Below are positions 1 to 10,458 of a stretch of 64,000 nucleotides of DNA, piece after piece. The stretch's first letter is position 1. Each line of letters begins with the position of its first letter. The stretch comes from Ostreococcus lucimarinus (taxonomy: Eukaryota), in NCBI GenBank assembly GCA_000092065.1, contig CP000598.1; one strand, 5' to 3'. The position numbers were made by a program, and so were the translations under genes. The notes under the pieces are model-generated. The model was not told where the DNA came from. It did no database searches and saw nothing but the letters and a program-made list of their open reading frames with translations.

Positions 1-59
1 CCGAAGAGTCCATTGGTATTGAAGTCAAAATCAACAGGGACGTACTATATTCTGCTGCG

Positions 60-446
60 ATGCTTCTGAAAGATCACGAATCCCAGCTGAACCAAGAACT
101 GGCGAGGCGCGCGCGCGAATGGAAGCTTCTGTTTAAGAATTTTGGAAAAGTGAAATTCAACCAGACGCTTGAAGAAATGGTTCAGGTGGAGCTCACCTCG
201 CCTGAAGGCGCGGACGCTGATTTAACACGCCGTGCTAAAAAATTTGTGGATTGGTGCGTGGAATCTTCACAGCAGCTGAGCCGAGGGGAGTTTAACCAGC
301 GTCTTCCTGGGATTACGGAAACGGCATATATCAGCCTAAAATCCCTCGCACAGAAGTCTGCCAGTTCGCTCGTTAAGATCGCACAAAAAACAGCTGCATC
401 GAGGCGTAGCAAAACAAAGACGTCAATATTCGGGTTTGCGCGCTAA
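60..446 (+). CDS. hypothetical protein, 3' portion; the frame is open back to the window start
   Basis: 128-aa ORF with no in-frame stop upstream to position 3, so the gene probably starts outside the window. No recognisable motifs. Confidence 0.3.
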   Translation: MLLKDHESQLNQELARRAREWKLLFKNFGKVKFNQTLEEMVQVELTSPEGADADLTRRAKKFVDWCVESSQQLSRGEFNQRLPGITETAYISLKSLAQKSASSLVKIAQKTAASRRSKTKTSIFGFAR

Positions 447-775
447 ATCCGCCAACCGAACGCCAGAATTGTTATGTTACGCTCGATGATAACATGGTTG
501 GGTTGGGGCAAATGCCCACAAATCAGCGTCAGGCGAAGGAAGACAGGTGCGTCTGCAAATTCCAAATTCTCGGCAGAACAAGTTCGTCGACTGGAAGAGC
601 TCGGCCGGTTTGGAGACAAACCCGCCATATTGGAAGAGCACTTCGCTGCCTGAGGGTACAGAAGATGTAGCTAATCAGAAGCGTGCGACCGTTAAGACCT
701 TGGGGATTCGACTCGCTTAAGATTTCGGCACCCTCGCTTAAGATTTCTCCAGAACGAATCGTGTGAGTGAAGTGG

Positions 776-1273
776 TCAAGCCAAGCCACGCAACTCATCT
801 ACCGTAAATTGATACTTGTCGAGACTGCGCTTCGAAGGCAGCGTGCCGCGCGCTCGAGCATTCTTGAGGCACGTCTTACGCAGTATTCTTTTCGCTTGCT
901 GCTTGTAATAACTGAGTTGTCTGTAGTTACCATCGCCGCCGACCCGCTTCGGCGTATATTGAGCTCTGCTGTAGGCCGGACTCCCGTCCACGTTCTCGTG
1001 GCACGCGTGTTTCTGGCTGCGTCCAGCAACTCGGGAGTTGAATAAGCCGTCGCGCTTCTCTCTCATGTAGGCACTTTTACGTTGATGGAGCTCTCCAGCT
1101 GGAATGTCCTTTTCGAGAACTCTCACGTCCGCGTCGCCAAACTTGAAGATTGGATGTCGTGCGTATTTATGCGAGGCAAGGCGCGCTCTGAGCGAACCTG
1201 TCGTCGATCCGATGTACGTCTTGTTACATTTCGCATTATCGCTAAACATTTCGTACACGCATCCCGACGGCAT
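776..1273 (-). CDS. GIY-YIG nuclease-domain protein
   Basis: The N-terminus reads 'VYEMFSDNAKCNKTYIGSTTGSLRARLASHKY', matching the GIY-(10-11 aa)-YIG...R...H signature of GIY-YIG endonucleases. The C-terminus is basic. Confidence 0.5.
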   Translation of the reverse strand: MPSGCVYEMFSDNAKCNKTYIGSTTGSLRARLASHKYARHPIFKFGDADVRVLEKDIPAGELHQRKSAYMREKRDGLFNSRVAGRSQKHACHENVDGSPAYSRAQYTPKRVGGDGNYRQLSYYKQQAKRILRKTCLKNARARGTLPSKRSLDKYQFTVDELRGLA

Positions 1274-1453
1274 TTGTCCTGATTACCTATCCATCCCTAA
1301 GAAAATATTGTTGCCAAAAGTGCTCCTCCTGTGGTTTGCAGTCACATTCGAGAGACCATAGGTACTCGTGTCGCTGCGTGGGGTGCAAGGTCCGGGGTGT
1401 AGATATCGAACCGCCTGATTTCACACCTGGACGTTCGTGATCCGACGAGACCT

Positions 1454-1641
1454 GACGAAATGACGAACTTGTTTTGTCGTCCCCAAATTCGTCAGCCCGT
1501 CGTTCGGTCACACTTTGTGTGTACCAATGATGAAAATGACGAAATGTTAAAATATTTTAATGTTTATTTTTATTTTAGATCTATGACAAGCAACAGTGTA
1601 GACCTTTATGAAAACAGTTCGTCATTCGTCATTTCGTCAGG
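1454..1641. repeat. inverted repeat (cctgacgaaatgacgaa ... ttcgtcattcgtcatttcgtcagg) flanking an AT-rich core; a possible hairpin, terminator or MITE-like structure
   Basis: Reverse-complementary arms of about 20-25 nt at 1454-1471 and 1617-1641, with a third 'gacgaaatg' copy at about 1537. It lies between two minus-strand genes. Confidence 0.45.
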
Positions 1642-1706
1642 ATCCAAACCATGGTCTTTTCGGTGTCTTGTTGAGTCTTCATATTGCAAATGTACGAATC
1701 ACAAAA

Positions 1707-2282
1707 TTAGTATGAACACCAGACGACCGCCGGCGCGAGCTCCGTCTCCCCCGTGTACCCATTGTTCTTCAGCCACTCGAAGCACCCGTCGCGGTCAATT
1801 TCCCAATAGACGCCCTTCTCGTCCCTACCTTGCCTCAGGTGGTCCTCTTCCATTGGGATCCTGTGGCCCTTTTCCTTCTTGAAGAAGTCCTTGAGCTTAT
1901 TGCCGACCTTCGTCGCGCTATCTTGGCCACGCGCAGCCGCTGGCAACCACGCCTGGTATTCGATGAAGATGTCACTGTTGCGGATTTTATTTCCAACCCA
2001 CTTCTCAGGGAATTCAACAGTGACGCAATGCTCAAACCATCGAGTGAACTTGGGCATGCATCCACGCTTCATTTCCGAATACGCGTCGGTCGTAGGTCTC
2101 GTGCGCTCCACATGATAACCGGTACGGAGAAGTTTATATTTATTAATTAAAGACTCGCGCGTGTTGGCGCTAAATGATTTTATTGCTGCCGAGAGACTCA
2201 AGTTTGGCCGTCGTTTGAGTCGCATCGATGGGTCGCGCCCGCCGATATAACGCCGGCGTTTCGGACACGATCTTGAAAACAA
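1707..2282 (-). CDS. hypothetical protein
   Basis: 191-aa ORF with non-repetitive composition ('KGVYWEIDRDGCFEWLKNNGY'). No family recognised. Confidence 0.35.
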   Translation of the reverse strand: MFSRSCPKRRRYIGGRDPSMRLKRRPNLSLSAAIKSFSANTRESLINKYKLLRTGYHVERTRPTTDAYSEMKRGCMPKFTRWFEHCVTVEFPEKWVGNKIRNSDIFIEYQAWLPAAARGQDSATKVGNKLKDFFKKEKGHRIPMEEDHLRQGRDEKGVYWEIDRDGCFEWLKNNGYTGETELAPAVVWCSY

Positions 2283-2302
2283 GCACTGGTTGACTTGATT
2301 GA

Positions 2303-4834
2303 TTAGGAAACCTTATCCGTGCCTTTTACGCTGAGCCCGGTCATGGACGGCTTCGTCGGCATGGTGAACGCGGTGTAGTCCGCCGCCGTGGGCACCGTGA
2401 TGCTCGTGTCGTACGACATCCCGGAGCACGCCGACGCATCGGCGGGAGCAAGCATTTCGACACCACTTTCGAGTTTCAAGACGTACCGGTCGCCAGTCGA
2501 TGGTTGTTTGAACGTGGTGCCATCGGGGATCAGGACATCCGGACGGCGATGGTAACCATTGTTGTCGTCGCACTCCTCGTTGCCATACTGGTCGACCTCG
2601 GGCGCCGCGCGCGAACCAGTCATCGGATTGAAGCAAATGAACGGCGCGTCGCCCAACCAACCGCCTTCGTAACGCACGTTGAGATTCACCCCGGAGTAGT
2701 CGGTACCGGATGGAGAGCGCAGCAACACGGCGTCCGTGGGTATCTTGCCTTGAAGCTGGAGAGGCGCATCCATGAACTTCTTTGACGCGGAGTCCGAAGG
2801 ATCTTCGAGCCACGCCATGCCCTCCCAATTGCTTGAGCTCCACTCGTAGTGCACATCCAATTTGTTGGGTTCCTCGCAAACGTCGGTAGTGGCGGTGCAA
2901 CTCAAAGTGTCGAGGTTCGCAGGTGTAGCTTCGAAGAGAACCATATGAACTTCTCCCGAGTCAAAGAATGAGTTGGTTGGGTCCATTACGACTTCAGCGC
3001 CGAGGGTGCCGGAAACGTCTTCCTTCAACGAGCCGGTATCTTTGTCGAAGACGTACTTTTTATAAGTGCTTCGAGCGTCGTTGTATCCGTTCGGCGAGCC
3101 GTAGAACTGGCTGTCGTGACTGCTCGCACTCGATAGCTTCGTCTGGTCGATACACCGCTCGCCGCACGTGAGTGCGAGGTGGCTGCTGAGCGACCCAGGG
3201 GGGACGGTTTGCGCGTCAGACACTTTGAAGTGCGTCAGGTTAAGCAAACTCGCAGAGCCTCGGCCGAAGATGCTTCCCCAGCAGCGTATGATTTGGTTGT
3301 CAATGTCAGCCATCGTGAGCGCACGCGGAGTCGTGATTGAGTTCGTGTTCAGCGATCCACCGTTCCAAGTTCGCTTCGACGACAACACGAGTGCGTTCGC
3401 GTCGGAGTCATACCTGAACTTGACCTCAACTTCTGCAGCGTTAGTGTCATCCCAGAACCAGCCTGTGATCGTCGCCCCTTGGTAGTCGCTTGCGCTTCGC
3501 ACCGTCGCCGTGAACTTGTACAACACCCCGCGTGAGACTTTGAGCCTCTTGTTCACGTTCAGTATCGGATCATCCCAATCGACAATTTCCTCTACTACGT
3601 TCCCGTCGGTGAACGCGGTTTGAGCGATAGTCTTCTCGGCGGTACTGAGCGCGGTGTCGGAAATGTAGTCGTAATCGGAAATGTAGAGATTGCCCGGATA
3701 GTGCAGATCAGCATTATACGTCTTGCCGTCGCTGCCTGTAGCCTGAAGATGCACGTAGCTTTGAAGGTTCACCTTCGCCCCGTTGCTGTCGTACGCGCCG
3801 TAGCGCTCACCGAAGAACGATCTGTTCTCGAGTTCATCGCAGAATGACTGCCCGTACGCCTTCGTCTTGACGAGCGTAGCGGTAGTCACCAATTGACCCG
3901 CTTGTGTCGAACCATTATCAAAGTCGATGGTCTGGAAAGAGGCCTTCGTGATGTCGTTTTCTGCGCGCGATTTAGCACCCGCGGTGAATGAATTGCTGCC
4001 TCGTGTCACCTCTTCCCACCACGTGACCCCGGTCGCCGTGCAATCCGAATCCGCGTCGGTGGTTTCGCACTCGCGACGAACCACACCTTTGATGCGTTGG
4101 GACGCGGTCGAGCCAGTCGGCGATTGGTACGTAAAGGTAAAGTTTTTCACCAAGATTTTGTCAGACTTGATGGCGACGTCATCGCGCTTGACGATCATTT
4201 CCGTGTCGATGTTCGGCATTTCTGGGGTATCGCTGAGGGCTACCCAGACGTTCGTCTTGAAATCACGGGTATCGCTCGCGTCGTCGATGTCTGGGCCCGT
4301 GGCGTTGACGACCCAACGGTACGTAACCTTACCCTTGATTCGGTCGCCGTCGCTGTTGTCACAGTGGAAAGGATCGATCTCAGCGATGTATGGGCCAGTG
4401 TTCAGGTTCGCCGTCCAGTTCACCGAGGCGACGTAGCAAAGAACCATGTTTGGTATCTGGAAAATTTCGGTACTTACAGCGTCGACGAACGTCTCCGCCG
4501 GCGGCGCCGTGGCGTAGTCGGACGTCGAAGAGAACGAAGACACTTCGAGAGGCGTCACCTCGACGAGCGAACGACCATCGATTCGAGACGAACCAGAAGA
4601 CGTCGTCGAAACACCCTCTGACGGGATCATGGTGACTTTACGCGGCGTCAACGCCGCCTTGAGCGCGTTCGTCTTCGCCGCGCCCGACAGCCCGCTGACG
4701 GTGGTCGGGGTCGGGGCCGGGGCCGGGGCCGGGGTCGCGTCGTCATCCCTGAGCCCGATGCCGAGGCCGGTGCCAAGGGCGACCACCACGGCGGCGACAC
4801 CAACGATCGCGATCGCAACGCCACGTCTCACCAT
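2303..4834 (-). CDS. large secreted or membrane-anchored Ser/Thr-rich glycoprotein, function unknown
   Basis: 843-aa uninterrupted ORF. The hydrophobic N-terminus 'AIAIVGVAAVVVALGTGLGIGL' is followed by an (AP)n/PT linker. There are many N-x-S/T sequons and scattered Cys. The codon usage is coherent. Confidence 0.6.
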   Translation of the reverse strand: MVRRGVAIAIVGVAAVVVALGTGLGIGLRDDDATPAPAPAPTPTTVSGLSGAAKTNALKAALTPRKVTMIPSEGVSTTSSGSSRIDGRSLVEVTPLEVSSFSSTSDYATAPPAETFVDAVSTEIFQIPNMVLCYVASVNWTANLNTGPYIAEIDPFHCDNSDGDRIKGKVTYRWVVNATGPDIDDASDTRDFKTNVWVALSDTPEMPNIDTEMIVKRDDVAIKSDKILVKNFTFTYQSPTGSTASQRIKGVVRRECETTDADSDCTATGVTWWEEVTRGSNSFTAGAKSRAENDITKASFQTIDFDNGSTQAGQLVTTATLVKTKAYGQSFCDELENRSFFGERYGAYDSNGAKVNLQSYVHLQATGSDGKTYNADLHYPGNLYISDYDYISDTALSTAEKTIAQTAFTDGNVVEEIVDWDDPILNVNKRLKVSRGVLYKFTATVRSASDYQGATITGWFWDDTNAAEVEVKFRYDSDANALVLSSKRTWNGGSLNTNSITTPRALTMADIDNQIIRCWGSIFGRGSASLLNLTHFKVSDAQTVPPGSLSSHLALTCGERCIDQTKLSSASSHDSQFYGSPNGYNDARSTYKKYVFDKDTGSLKEDVSGTLGAEVVMDPTNSFFDSGEVHMVLFEATPANLDTLSCTATTDVCEEPNKLDVHYEWSSSNWEGMAWLEDPSDSASKKFMDAPLQLQGKIPTDAVLLRSPSGTDYSGVNLNVRYEGGWLGDAPFICFNPMTGSRAAPEVDQYGNEECDDNNGYHRRPDVLIPDGTTFKQPSTGDRYVLKLESGVEMLAPADASACSGMSYDTSITVPTAADYTAFTMPTKPSMTGLSVKGTDKVS

Positions 4835-5330
4835 CGTCGCGCGTTGAAATGCGGCGACGACAAGTGGCGACGGTGACGCGATCTGCCCGCACGCAATTCA
4901 ATTCCTTCGGGTCACCTTATCTTTTGGAGCCCCGGAGATGCGACTGTTTACCAATACGATGGTTCCCTTTTTTCGGTCGCGAAAGCGCGCGGTCGCCGGG
5001 TCAACCAACACCTTCATCTCCGGGGGGGATCGGAGATTGTTTTTTACGGTCGCGCGCGCGGTCGCCGCGGACGCCCCCGCCCTCGTCGACGCCGCGCTGA
5101 CTGTCGCGCGCTGACTGACACGCGCTGACCGACGCGCGCGCGATCGAACGCCGCGAGTGGGGAAAGGCGAACGCGCGACGTCGTCGCGCGCGCCCCCGCG
5201 CGTCCCGGACCGAACCGCGCGTCGTCGTCGTCGCCGTCGCCGTCGCGCGCGTACGCTTCGGACCGCGAAAATCGTTTTTCGTCGCGGGGGGACTGCGGTG
5301 CGGGTCGTCTCACACTTCGGGACGCCGACG

Positions 5331-5669
5331 ATGGTGTCGTCCGGCGACGCCGACGTCGACGACGCGGTCGAACGACGCCATCGGCGCGGTCGCGGTCGCG
5401 CCGTTCGCGATCTTCTGCCGTCGTCCTCGGCGGCGCGCGCGAACACCGTCCCGCCGTTTGAAGCAACCGGTCGAGGCGCGCTCCCGAGGTGGTTTTGCAA
5501 GAGCTGTCGGAAAGCGCTCGACGTGTTTCGTGATTTCGACGGGGAGCTGAAGACGTGTCGACTGTGTTTGCGCGCGCGCAAGAAAGACGCGAAACGCAAA
5601 CGCGCGCTACGGCGGGCGGACGCGAAAAGGTCGGGCGACGGCGACGGTAAAAAAGGCGCGGCTTCGTAG
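5331..5669 (+). CDS. small basic Cys4 zinc-ribbon-like protein (speculative)
   Basis: About 112 aa from the ATG at 5331, with 'WFCKSCRKALDVFRDFDGELKTCRLC' (CxxC-x17-CxxC) and a Lys/Arg tail. It lies in a very GC-rich block where long ORFs arise by chance. Confidence 0.2.
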   Translation: MVSSGDADVDDAVERRHRRGRGRAVRDLLPSSSAARANTVPPFEATGRGALPRWFCKSCRKALDVFRDFDGELKTCRLCLRARKKDAKRKRALRRADAKRSGDGDGKKGAAS

Positions 5670-5968
5670 AGAAGCCGAACGCAGGGAACGACGACGAGTC
5701 GCGGATGCGCGCGAAACGATCGATCTTTGATTCGACACGCCTTCGGTATAGTAGTGTGTTTTGCTCTGTAGCCTCGCGTGTTGTAACTACCGTTGTACAT
5801 TTACATCAATGCGTCGTCGCGTTCGCGGCGATTTTACGTCGTCGTTCGTTCGCGACGCTTCGTTGGACATGGCGCTTCGACACAGAAGAATCCGACGCGC
5901 GCACAGTCCGTGGTGTCGCGCGCACGTCATCGCACACGTCTCATTTCTTATTTCTCCGCTCCAACTCG

Positions 5969-6334
5969 CTATCCTTCTGTCATAAAGCACACCCGGTCCG
6001 CGTCCGGGACGACGTCCTTCTCGTACTCGACGTTCGCGCAGTACATGTGTATTCGAAACAGCGCGCACCCCGTGCCGCACATGCCCGCGTGCACGTGATC
6101 GCCTCGAAAAAATACGACGGCGCCGTTCGGCACGGGCACGAAGTCCGTTGCCTTGGTCGCGTTCATGGGTATCGGCTTCGACACGATCATCGAGATCTGC
6201 TTATGGTCGGAACACTTTCGACCGTCGAGATCCGTGTGCCAGTCTTGGCGCTTCGTCTTGCTCTCGCCCTTCGGGGAGTGGCAATAGATGACGCTCGCGC
6301 CGCGTCGGTCGCCGCTCTCCTTCAACCCGCTCAA
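5969..6334 (-). CDS. 2OG-Fe(II) oxygenase-like domain (prolyl-4-hydroxylase-like). The upstream part, about 6428..6650, is in another frame, so the gene is split or frameshifted
   Basis: 'WHTDLDG' is an HxD motif. 'PNGAVVFFRGDHVHAG...R' supplies the second His and a distal Arg in jelly-roll spacing. The upstream 'MFDPSKERYAVFERCLTDARMKTIRREIIDANP' is in a different frame. The two frames are separated by a roughly 60-nt zone that is closed in both, which suggests an intron or a frameshift. Confidence 0.35.
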   Translation of the reverse strand: MSGLKESGDRRGASVIYCHSPKGESKTKRQDWHTDLDGRKCSDHKQISMIVSKPIPMNATKATDFVPVPNGAVVFFRGDHVHAGMCGTGCALFRIHMYCANVEYEKDVVPDADRVCFMTEG

Positions 6335-7362
6335 GAGCCACCCCTTGCGCGACGCCCGCGCGCTTCAGCGCGGCGCCGCAGTACGGATGGAACCGACGCG
6401 AGGTCTCGGGCGCTTCCCCGCGCGCGTTCACGACGTGCGTCCAGCGACTCTTCGTCCACGCCCCGCCCTTCGCTTCGCGCGCGTCGGTCGAGGGTTGGCG
6501 TCGATGATTTCTCGACGGATCGTCTTCATCCGTGCGTCCGTGAGGCACCGCTCGAACACGGCGTAGCGCTCTTTGGACGGATCGAACATGGCCGCGCCGT
6601 GTGAGGTGCACTGTTTCCCCTTGATCTCCGCCGCGCTCGCTCCCGCCGCGCGCGCGTGTCCAGACCCACGGCGTACGCGAGACGGCGCGTCGTCGCCGCG
6701 CTCGTCGGCTTCCACGCGTTCGGGAACCTGACGTGTTTGGGTAACCCACGAACGGCGCGCGCGGCGAGCGCCTCCAGGCGCGCGCGCCGCGCGGGAACTC
6801 TTCACCGTGCGCGCGTTTCCACTCGGCGAACACGCCGAGGGCGAGCGCGACTACGCGTCGACGGTGCGTTCCGCGAGTTCGCACCCGCGCCGGCGACGCC
6901 TGATCGTCTCGGCGCGCGATCGTCGCGGCATGGGACGCGTTGGAGGGCGGGGGTCGGGACGCGTCGCGGTTTCCCGCGCCGCGCGTCGCGCGTCGTCGGG
7001 TGCTGCGGGGACCGACCCCGCGGTTTTGTGCGAAATGAAATCGTTCGTCTAACCGTACTGCTGCGAGTAGTCTCGGTCGTTCAAGTAAAGGTGGCGCGCC
7101 CAGTGCTGGTCGGCCGGAAACACCACGCGCGAGGGGAGGGGCGGCTGAAAATTCGGTTTCTGAGGTATTCTCGAGCGCGTGGTTGTCCCTCCCGAGCGCG
7201 CGTTTCGCCGTGGAATCGTCCTTCGTCGAGTGCTCGTCGAAGCGTGACTCACCGTCGTCCGCTGACGTGGCGTCACGAGTCGATACGCGATTTCGCGGGT
7301 CACTCTCCCCGATTCGTGAACCGCCAAACGTAAATTAATATCTTTGCGCGCGAAAAAAGATC

Positions 7363-7380
7363 TTTTGACAGCTGTCAAAA
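7363..7380. promoter_or_regulatory. perfect 18-bp palindrome TTTTGACAGCTGTCAAAA (contains an E-box-like CAGCTG core)
   Basis: Read directly from the sequence. It lies in an intergenic GC-poor pocket about 500 bp upstream of the BCCT transporter gene. Confidence 0.3.
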
Positions 7381-7502
7381 AGCCGTTCGAATGCGCGAAC
7401 GCTCGAATGGCGCCGCGCCAGCAGTTCGCCGCGCGCGCGACGAGGCGACGAGTCGATCGACCCGATTCATTGATTTCCAAACATCTTTGATTCGCGATAA
7501 AA

Positions 7503-7528
7503 CGCTCGCTCGCTCGCTCGCTCGCGCC
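7503..7528. repeat. (GCTC)n microsatellite
   Basis: 'cgctcgctcgctcgctcgctcgcg' read directly from the sequence. Confidence 0.8.
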
Positions 7529-7876
7529 ATGAGTGAACCTACGGAAACGAAAACGGCGGACCCGTTGAATTGGAAGAATGAGGAAAACGTCAAGCGCTTC
7601 GTTCGACCGAGTCGCTGGTTGTCTCTCGATATCGCGGGCTACCCGGTGCGTGACACATTTCTGTCGATCGAATTTCGCTCGCGCGTCCTGCGCGAAGCGC
7701 GCGCGTAGGACGCGTTTGGGTCGAATGCACCGCGGCCCGATTTTCGAAATTATTTCGCGCGCGATGACACCTTCGTCACGAGTATCGTCGCTTCTGGCGA
7801 CGTGCGCGCGCAAAGACAACGAACTGGCAAATACAAAATCCATCATCGACTGACTCGCGAATCCCGCGCGACGTAG

Positions 7877-10102
7877 ATGTTGCGCATCAACTGGGTCTCC
7901 GCCGCGCTCGCGTCCTCCCTGCTCTGGGGCTTCATCATCTGGGTGCTCGTCGACGAGACGGGATCGTCAAGCGAAGTGACGCGTTGGACGAAGTGGATCA
8001 CGAGTAACTTTACGTGGCTGTACGTCGTCACGCAGGATGTCTGGTTTATCTTCATCTTGTATCTTTTGGGTACAAAGTACAAAGACGTGAAACTCGGTCG
8101 CGACGACGAAGAACCCGCCTTTGACTATTACGAATGGTTTTCCATGATGTTTGCGTGCGGTATCGGCGTTGGTCTGTACACTTTCAGCGTCATGGAACCC
8201 ATCAGCTACTACCGCGGCGTCGTGTCAAAGCTTCCGATCGTCAACGACGATCAGCGCGCGCAGCAGGCGATCACGCTCACGCTCTTCCACTGGGGCCTTC
8301 ACGGTTGGATTCCGTACGTCCTCGTCGCGATGACTTTGGGCGTCGTGTGCTACCGTCACGGACGTCCGATGACTATCCGCTCCGCGTTTTATCCGCTCTT
8401 CGGCGAAAATATCAACGGTCTCTTCGGCGACGCGATCGACGCGTTGTCCATCGCGACGACGACGTTCGGCGTGTGCACGTCCCTCGGGCTCGGCGTCACG
8501 ACGATCGCGTCTACGATGAACCGCTTGAACAGCGATGTGGATCCAAACGATGACGCCACCAAGATCCTAATCATCTGGTTGATCACTGCCGTCGCATGTA
8601 CGTCGGTCATTTTGGGTTTGAAGAACGGCATCAGAAGGCTTTCCAAGATTACGTTCTCCATCGGTCTCATCTTGCTCTTTGGAATCATCGTCGCGGACAA
8701 CCCTTGGTTCTTACTCAACTCTTTCGTGCAATCGATGGGTCATTACGTGCAATGGGTCACGCAGCTCGGCTGGGACACGGACACGTGGCCCGCGTCCGAA
8801 GCCATCATGCGCGACACGGGCGCTTGGCACTACCTCGCTTGGGGCGCCAAGGGTGAGAGCGATGCGATCGCGCGGACGCTTTCGACGCGTGGCGCCACCG
8901 CCCTGACCGACACTGAGCTTAACACCATGTGGGGCGTGCGAACCGACGACGGTTTCATGAACACGTGGACCCTCTTCTATTGGGGGTGGTGGATTTCGTG
9001 GGCCCCGTTCGTCGGCATGTTCATCGCCAGGATCTCGCGTGGTAGAACCGTCGGTGAAGTCATCAAGGGTGCATTCATCGCGCCTATTTTGTTTGGTTTC
9101 TTTTACCTCACCGTTTTGGGCTCCCTCGGAATCAAAATGGAGCGCATCGCCGAGCTCGCGTTGACGACGGCGCCGGCGGACGTCGACTGGCGAAGCGGCG
9201 ACGTCAAGTGCACCACCCTCGGGTACGCCGCTGACGGGACGCCGACCACCGCCGGATCGATTCAGCTCGCGAAAGAGGGCTACTACGCTCTGTCGTGCCG
9301 TCCGACATCGTCGCACATCCTTGACATCGTTGAGCCTTACGGCAAATTATCGACGCTCTTTCAAGCGATGATTCTCATCGCCATCATCCTGTACTTTATC
9401 ACGTCGTCGGATTCTGGATCGTACGTCGACGACTTGATCTCCGCCATGGGCTACGAAAATCCGCCAGTGTTGCAAAAGGTTTACTGGGCGTGCACCGAAG
9501 GCGCGCTCGCGCAAGCTTTGGTGACTTCCGGCGGCTTGAAAGTGGTGCAAGGCGTCTCCATCGTCTGCGGTTTGCCGTTTACGTTTGCTCTCAACTTTAT
9601 GGTCGTCTCTCTCTGGCGCGCGCTGAAGGATGAATTCAACGACGAGGCGCAACAAAAAACTCGCAAGGGGTTCAATACGTGCATGCTGGACGTCCTCGAA
9701 GGGTACGAGCCGGAAACCGCAGGCGCGAACGCGCCGGATCGCAAAACGCGCGTCGTCGCCGCATTGAAAAATTTCATCTACCCGTTCGACGCGATTCGCA
9801 AGGCGAAGATCGCCGTGGGGACGGATGAAAAATTTGCCTCCATCAACGCCGCCGTGGTCACTGGCGTGCTGTGGACTGCGATCGGTCTCCTCGCGTCCAC
9901 GAAAGCCGGCGCGGGCGCGCACTCCGTGGCGTGGCTCTTCTACCTCATCTTGATTTTCTGCATCGCGAACATTCGCCGAGAAGTTCGCGCGTCCAGAAAC
10001 ATTCTCGGTAACATCATGGAGGATTACACCGCCGCTGCTTTGTATCCGCTCGCGCTCGCGCAGATGGAACACGAGGCTGAATCCGACCCGAAGCTGGCGT
10101 AG
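7877..10102 (+). CDS. BCCT-family (betaine/carnitine/choline) transporter
   Basis: 741 aa with multiple TM segments. The BCCT signature is 'WTLFYWGWWISWAPFVGMFIARISRGRTVGE', and 'MFACGIGVGLYTFSVMEP' is the glycine-rich TM motif. Confidence 0.85.
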   Translation: MLRINWVSAALASSLLWGFIIWVLVDETGSSSEVTRWTKWITSNFTWLYVVTQDVWFIFILYLLGTKYKDVKLGRDDEEPAFDYYEWFSMMFACGIGVGLYTFSVMEPISYYRGVVSKLPIVNDDQRAQQAITLTLFHWGLHGWIPYVLVAMTLGVVCYRHGRPMTIRSAFYPLFGENINGLFGDAIDALSIATTTFGVCTSLGLGVTTIASTMNRLNSDVDPNDDATKILIIWLITAVACTSVILGLKNGIRRLSKITFSIGLILLFGIIVADNPWFLLNSFVQSMGHYVQWVTQLGWDTDTWPASEAIMRDTGAWHYLAWGAKGESDAIARTLSTRGATALTDTELNTMWGVRTDDGFMNTWTLFYWGWWISWAPFVGMFIARISRGRTVGEVIKGAFIAPILFGFFYLTVLGSLGIKMERIAELALTTAPADVDWRSGDVKCTTLGYAADGTPTTAGSIQLAKEGYYALSCRPTSSHILDIVEPYGKLSTLFQAMILIAIILYFITSSDSGSYVDDLISAMGYENPPVLQKVYWACTEGALAQALVTSGGLKVVQGVSIVCGLPFTFALNFMVVSLWRALKDEFNDEAQQKTRKGFNTCMLDVLEGYEPETAGANAPDRKTRVVAALKNFIYPFDAIRKAKIAVGTDEKFASINAAVVTGVLWTAIGLLASTKAGAGAHSVAWLFYLILIFCIANIRREVRASRNILGNIMEDYTAAALYPLALAQMEHEAESDPKLA

Positions 10103-10458
10103 TAACGTCGACGCCGTCCAAGACTTCTTTTTTCCAAACCGTCCTTTTATTAATCGAGCTCGATGACGACGAGTCGCAGACTTTTCGTTCATCAAGAGCA
10201 ATCAAATCACGTTGGGTGAGCGATCACCGTTCACGGGCCCGCGAGGCCGGTGAGCTTTTACCATCGGTTGACCTGCGTCGTCGTCACCCGTACGCGTTGG
10301 AACAAATCATACGTGTTGTGCGTGTTGTCCACCGTCGCCGCTCGAACTGCATCCAGCGTCGACGGTGCTCGTTGTTGTGTTTGACTTTATTACATTTCTC
10401 TCATCGGTCCTACGTAATACTTTGGCTGACATGAATTAATTTAATAACCACAAGAAAT

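Noticed and set aside
1378-1450. Possible tRNA-like sequence ('ggtccggggtgtagatatcgaaccgcc')
   Set aside because: No convincing cloverleaf could be drawn (there is no proper acceptor stem or anticodon-arm pairing). It is more likely part of the inverted-repeat region.
7391-7708. 105-aa ORF upstream of the BCCT gene (second half 'MSEPTETKTADPLNWKNEENVKRFVRPSRW...')
   Set aside because: It has no recognisable domain, its N-terminal half is Arg-rich, and it overlaps the (GCTC)n microsatellite. It could be a small upstream ORF or leader peptide, but it is unsupported.
4898-7846. Large ORFs 4898..5800 (-), 6201..6884 (-), 6656..7333 (+), 7049..7846 (-)
   Set aside because: They are Arg-rich and repetitive, in a roughly 70% GC block where stop codons are rare. 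They have no domain signatures or signal peptides, so they are treated as compositional artefacts.
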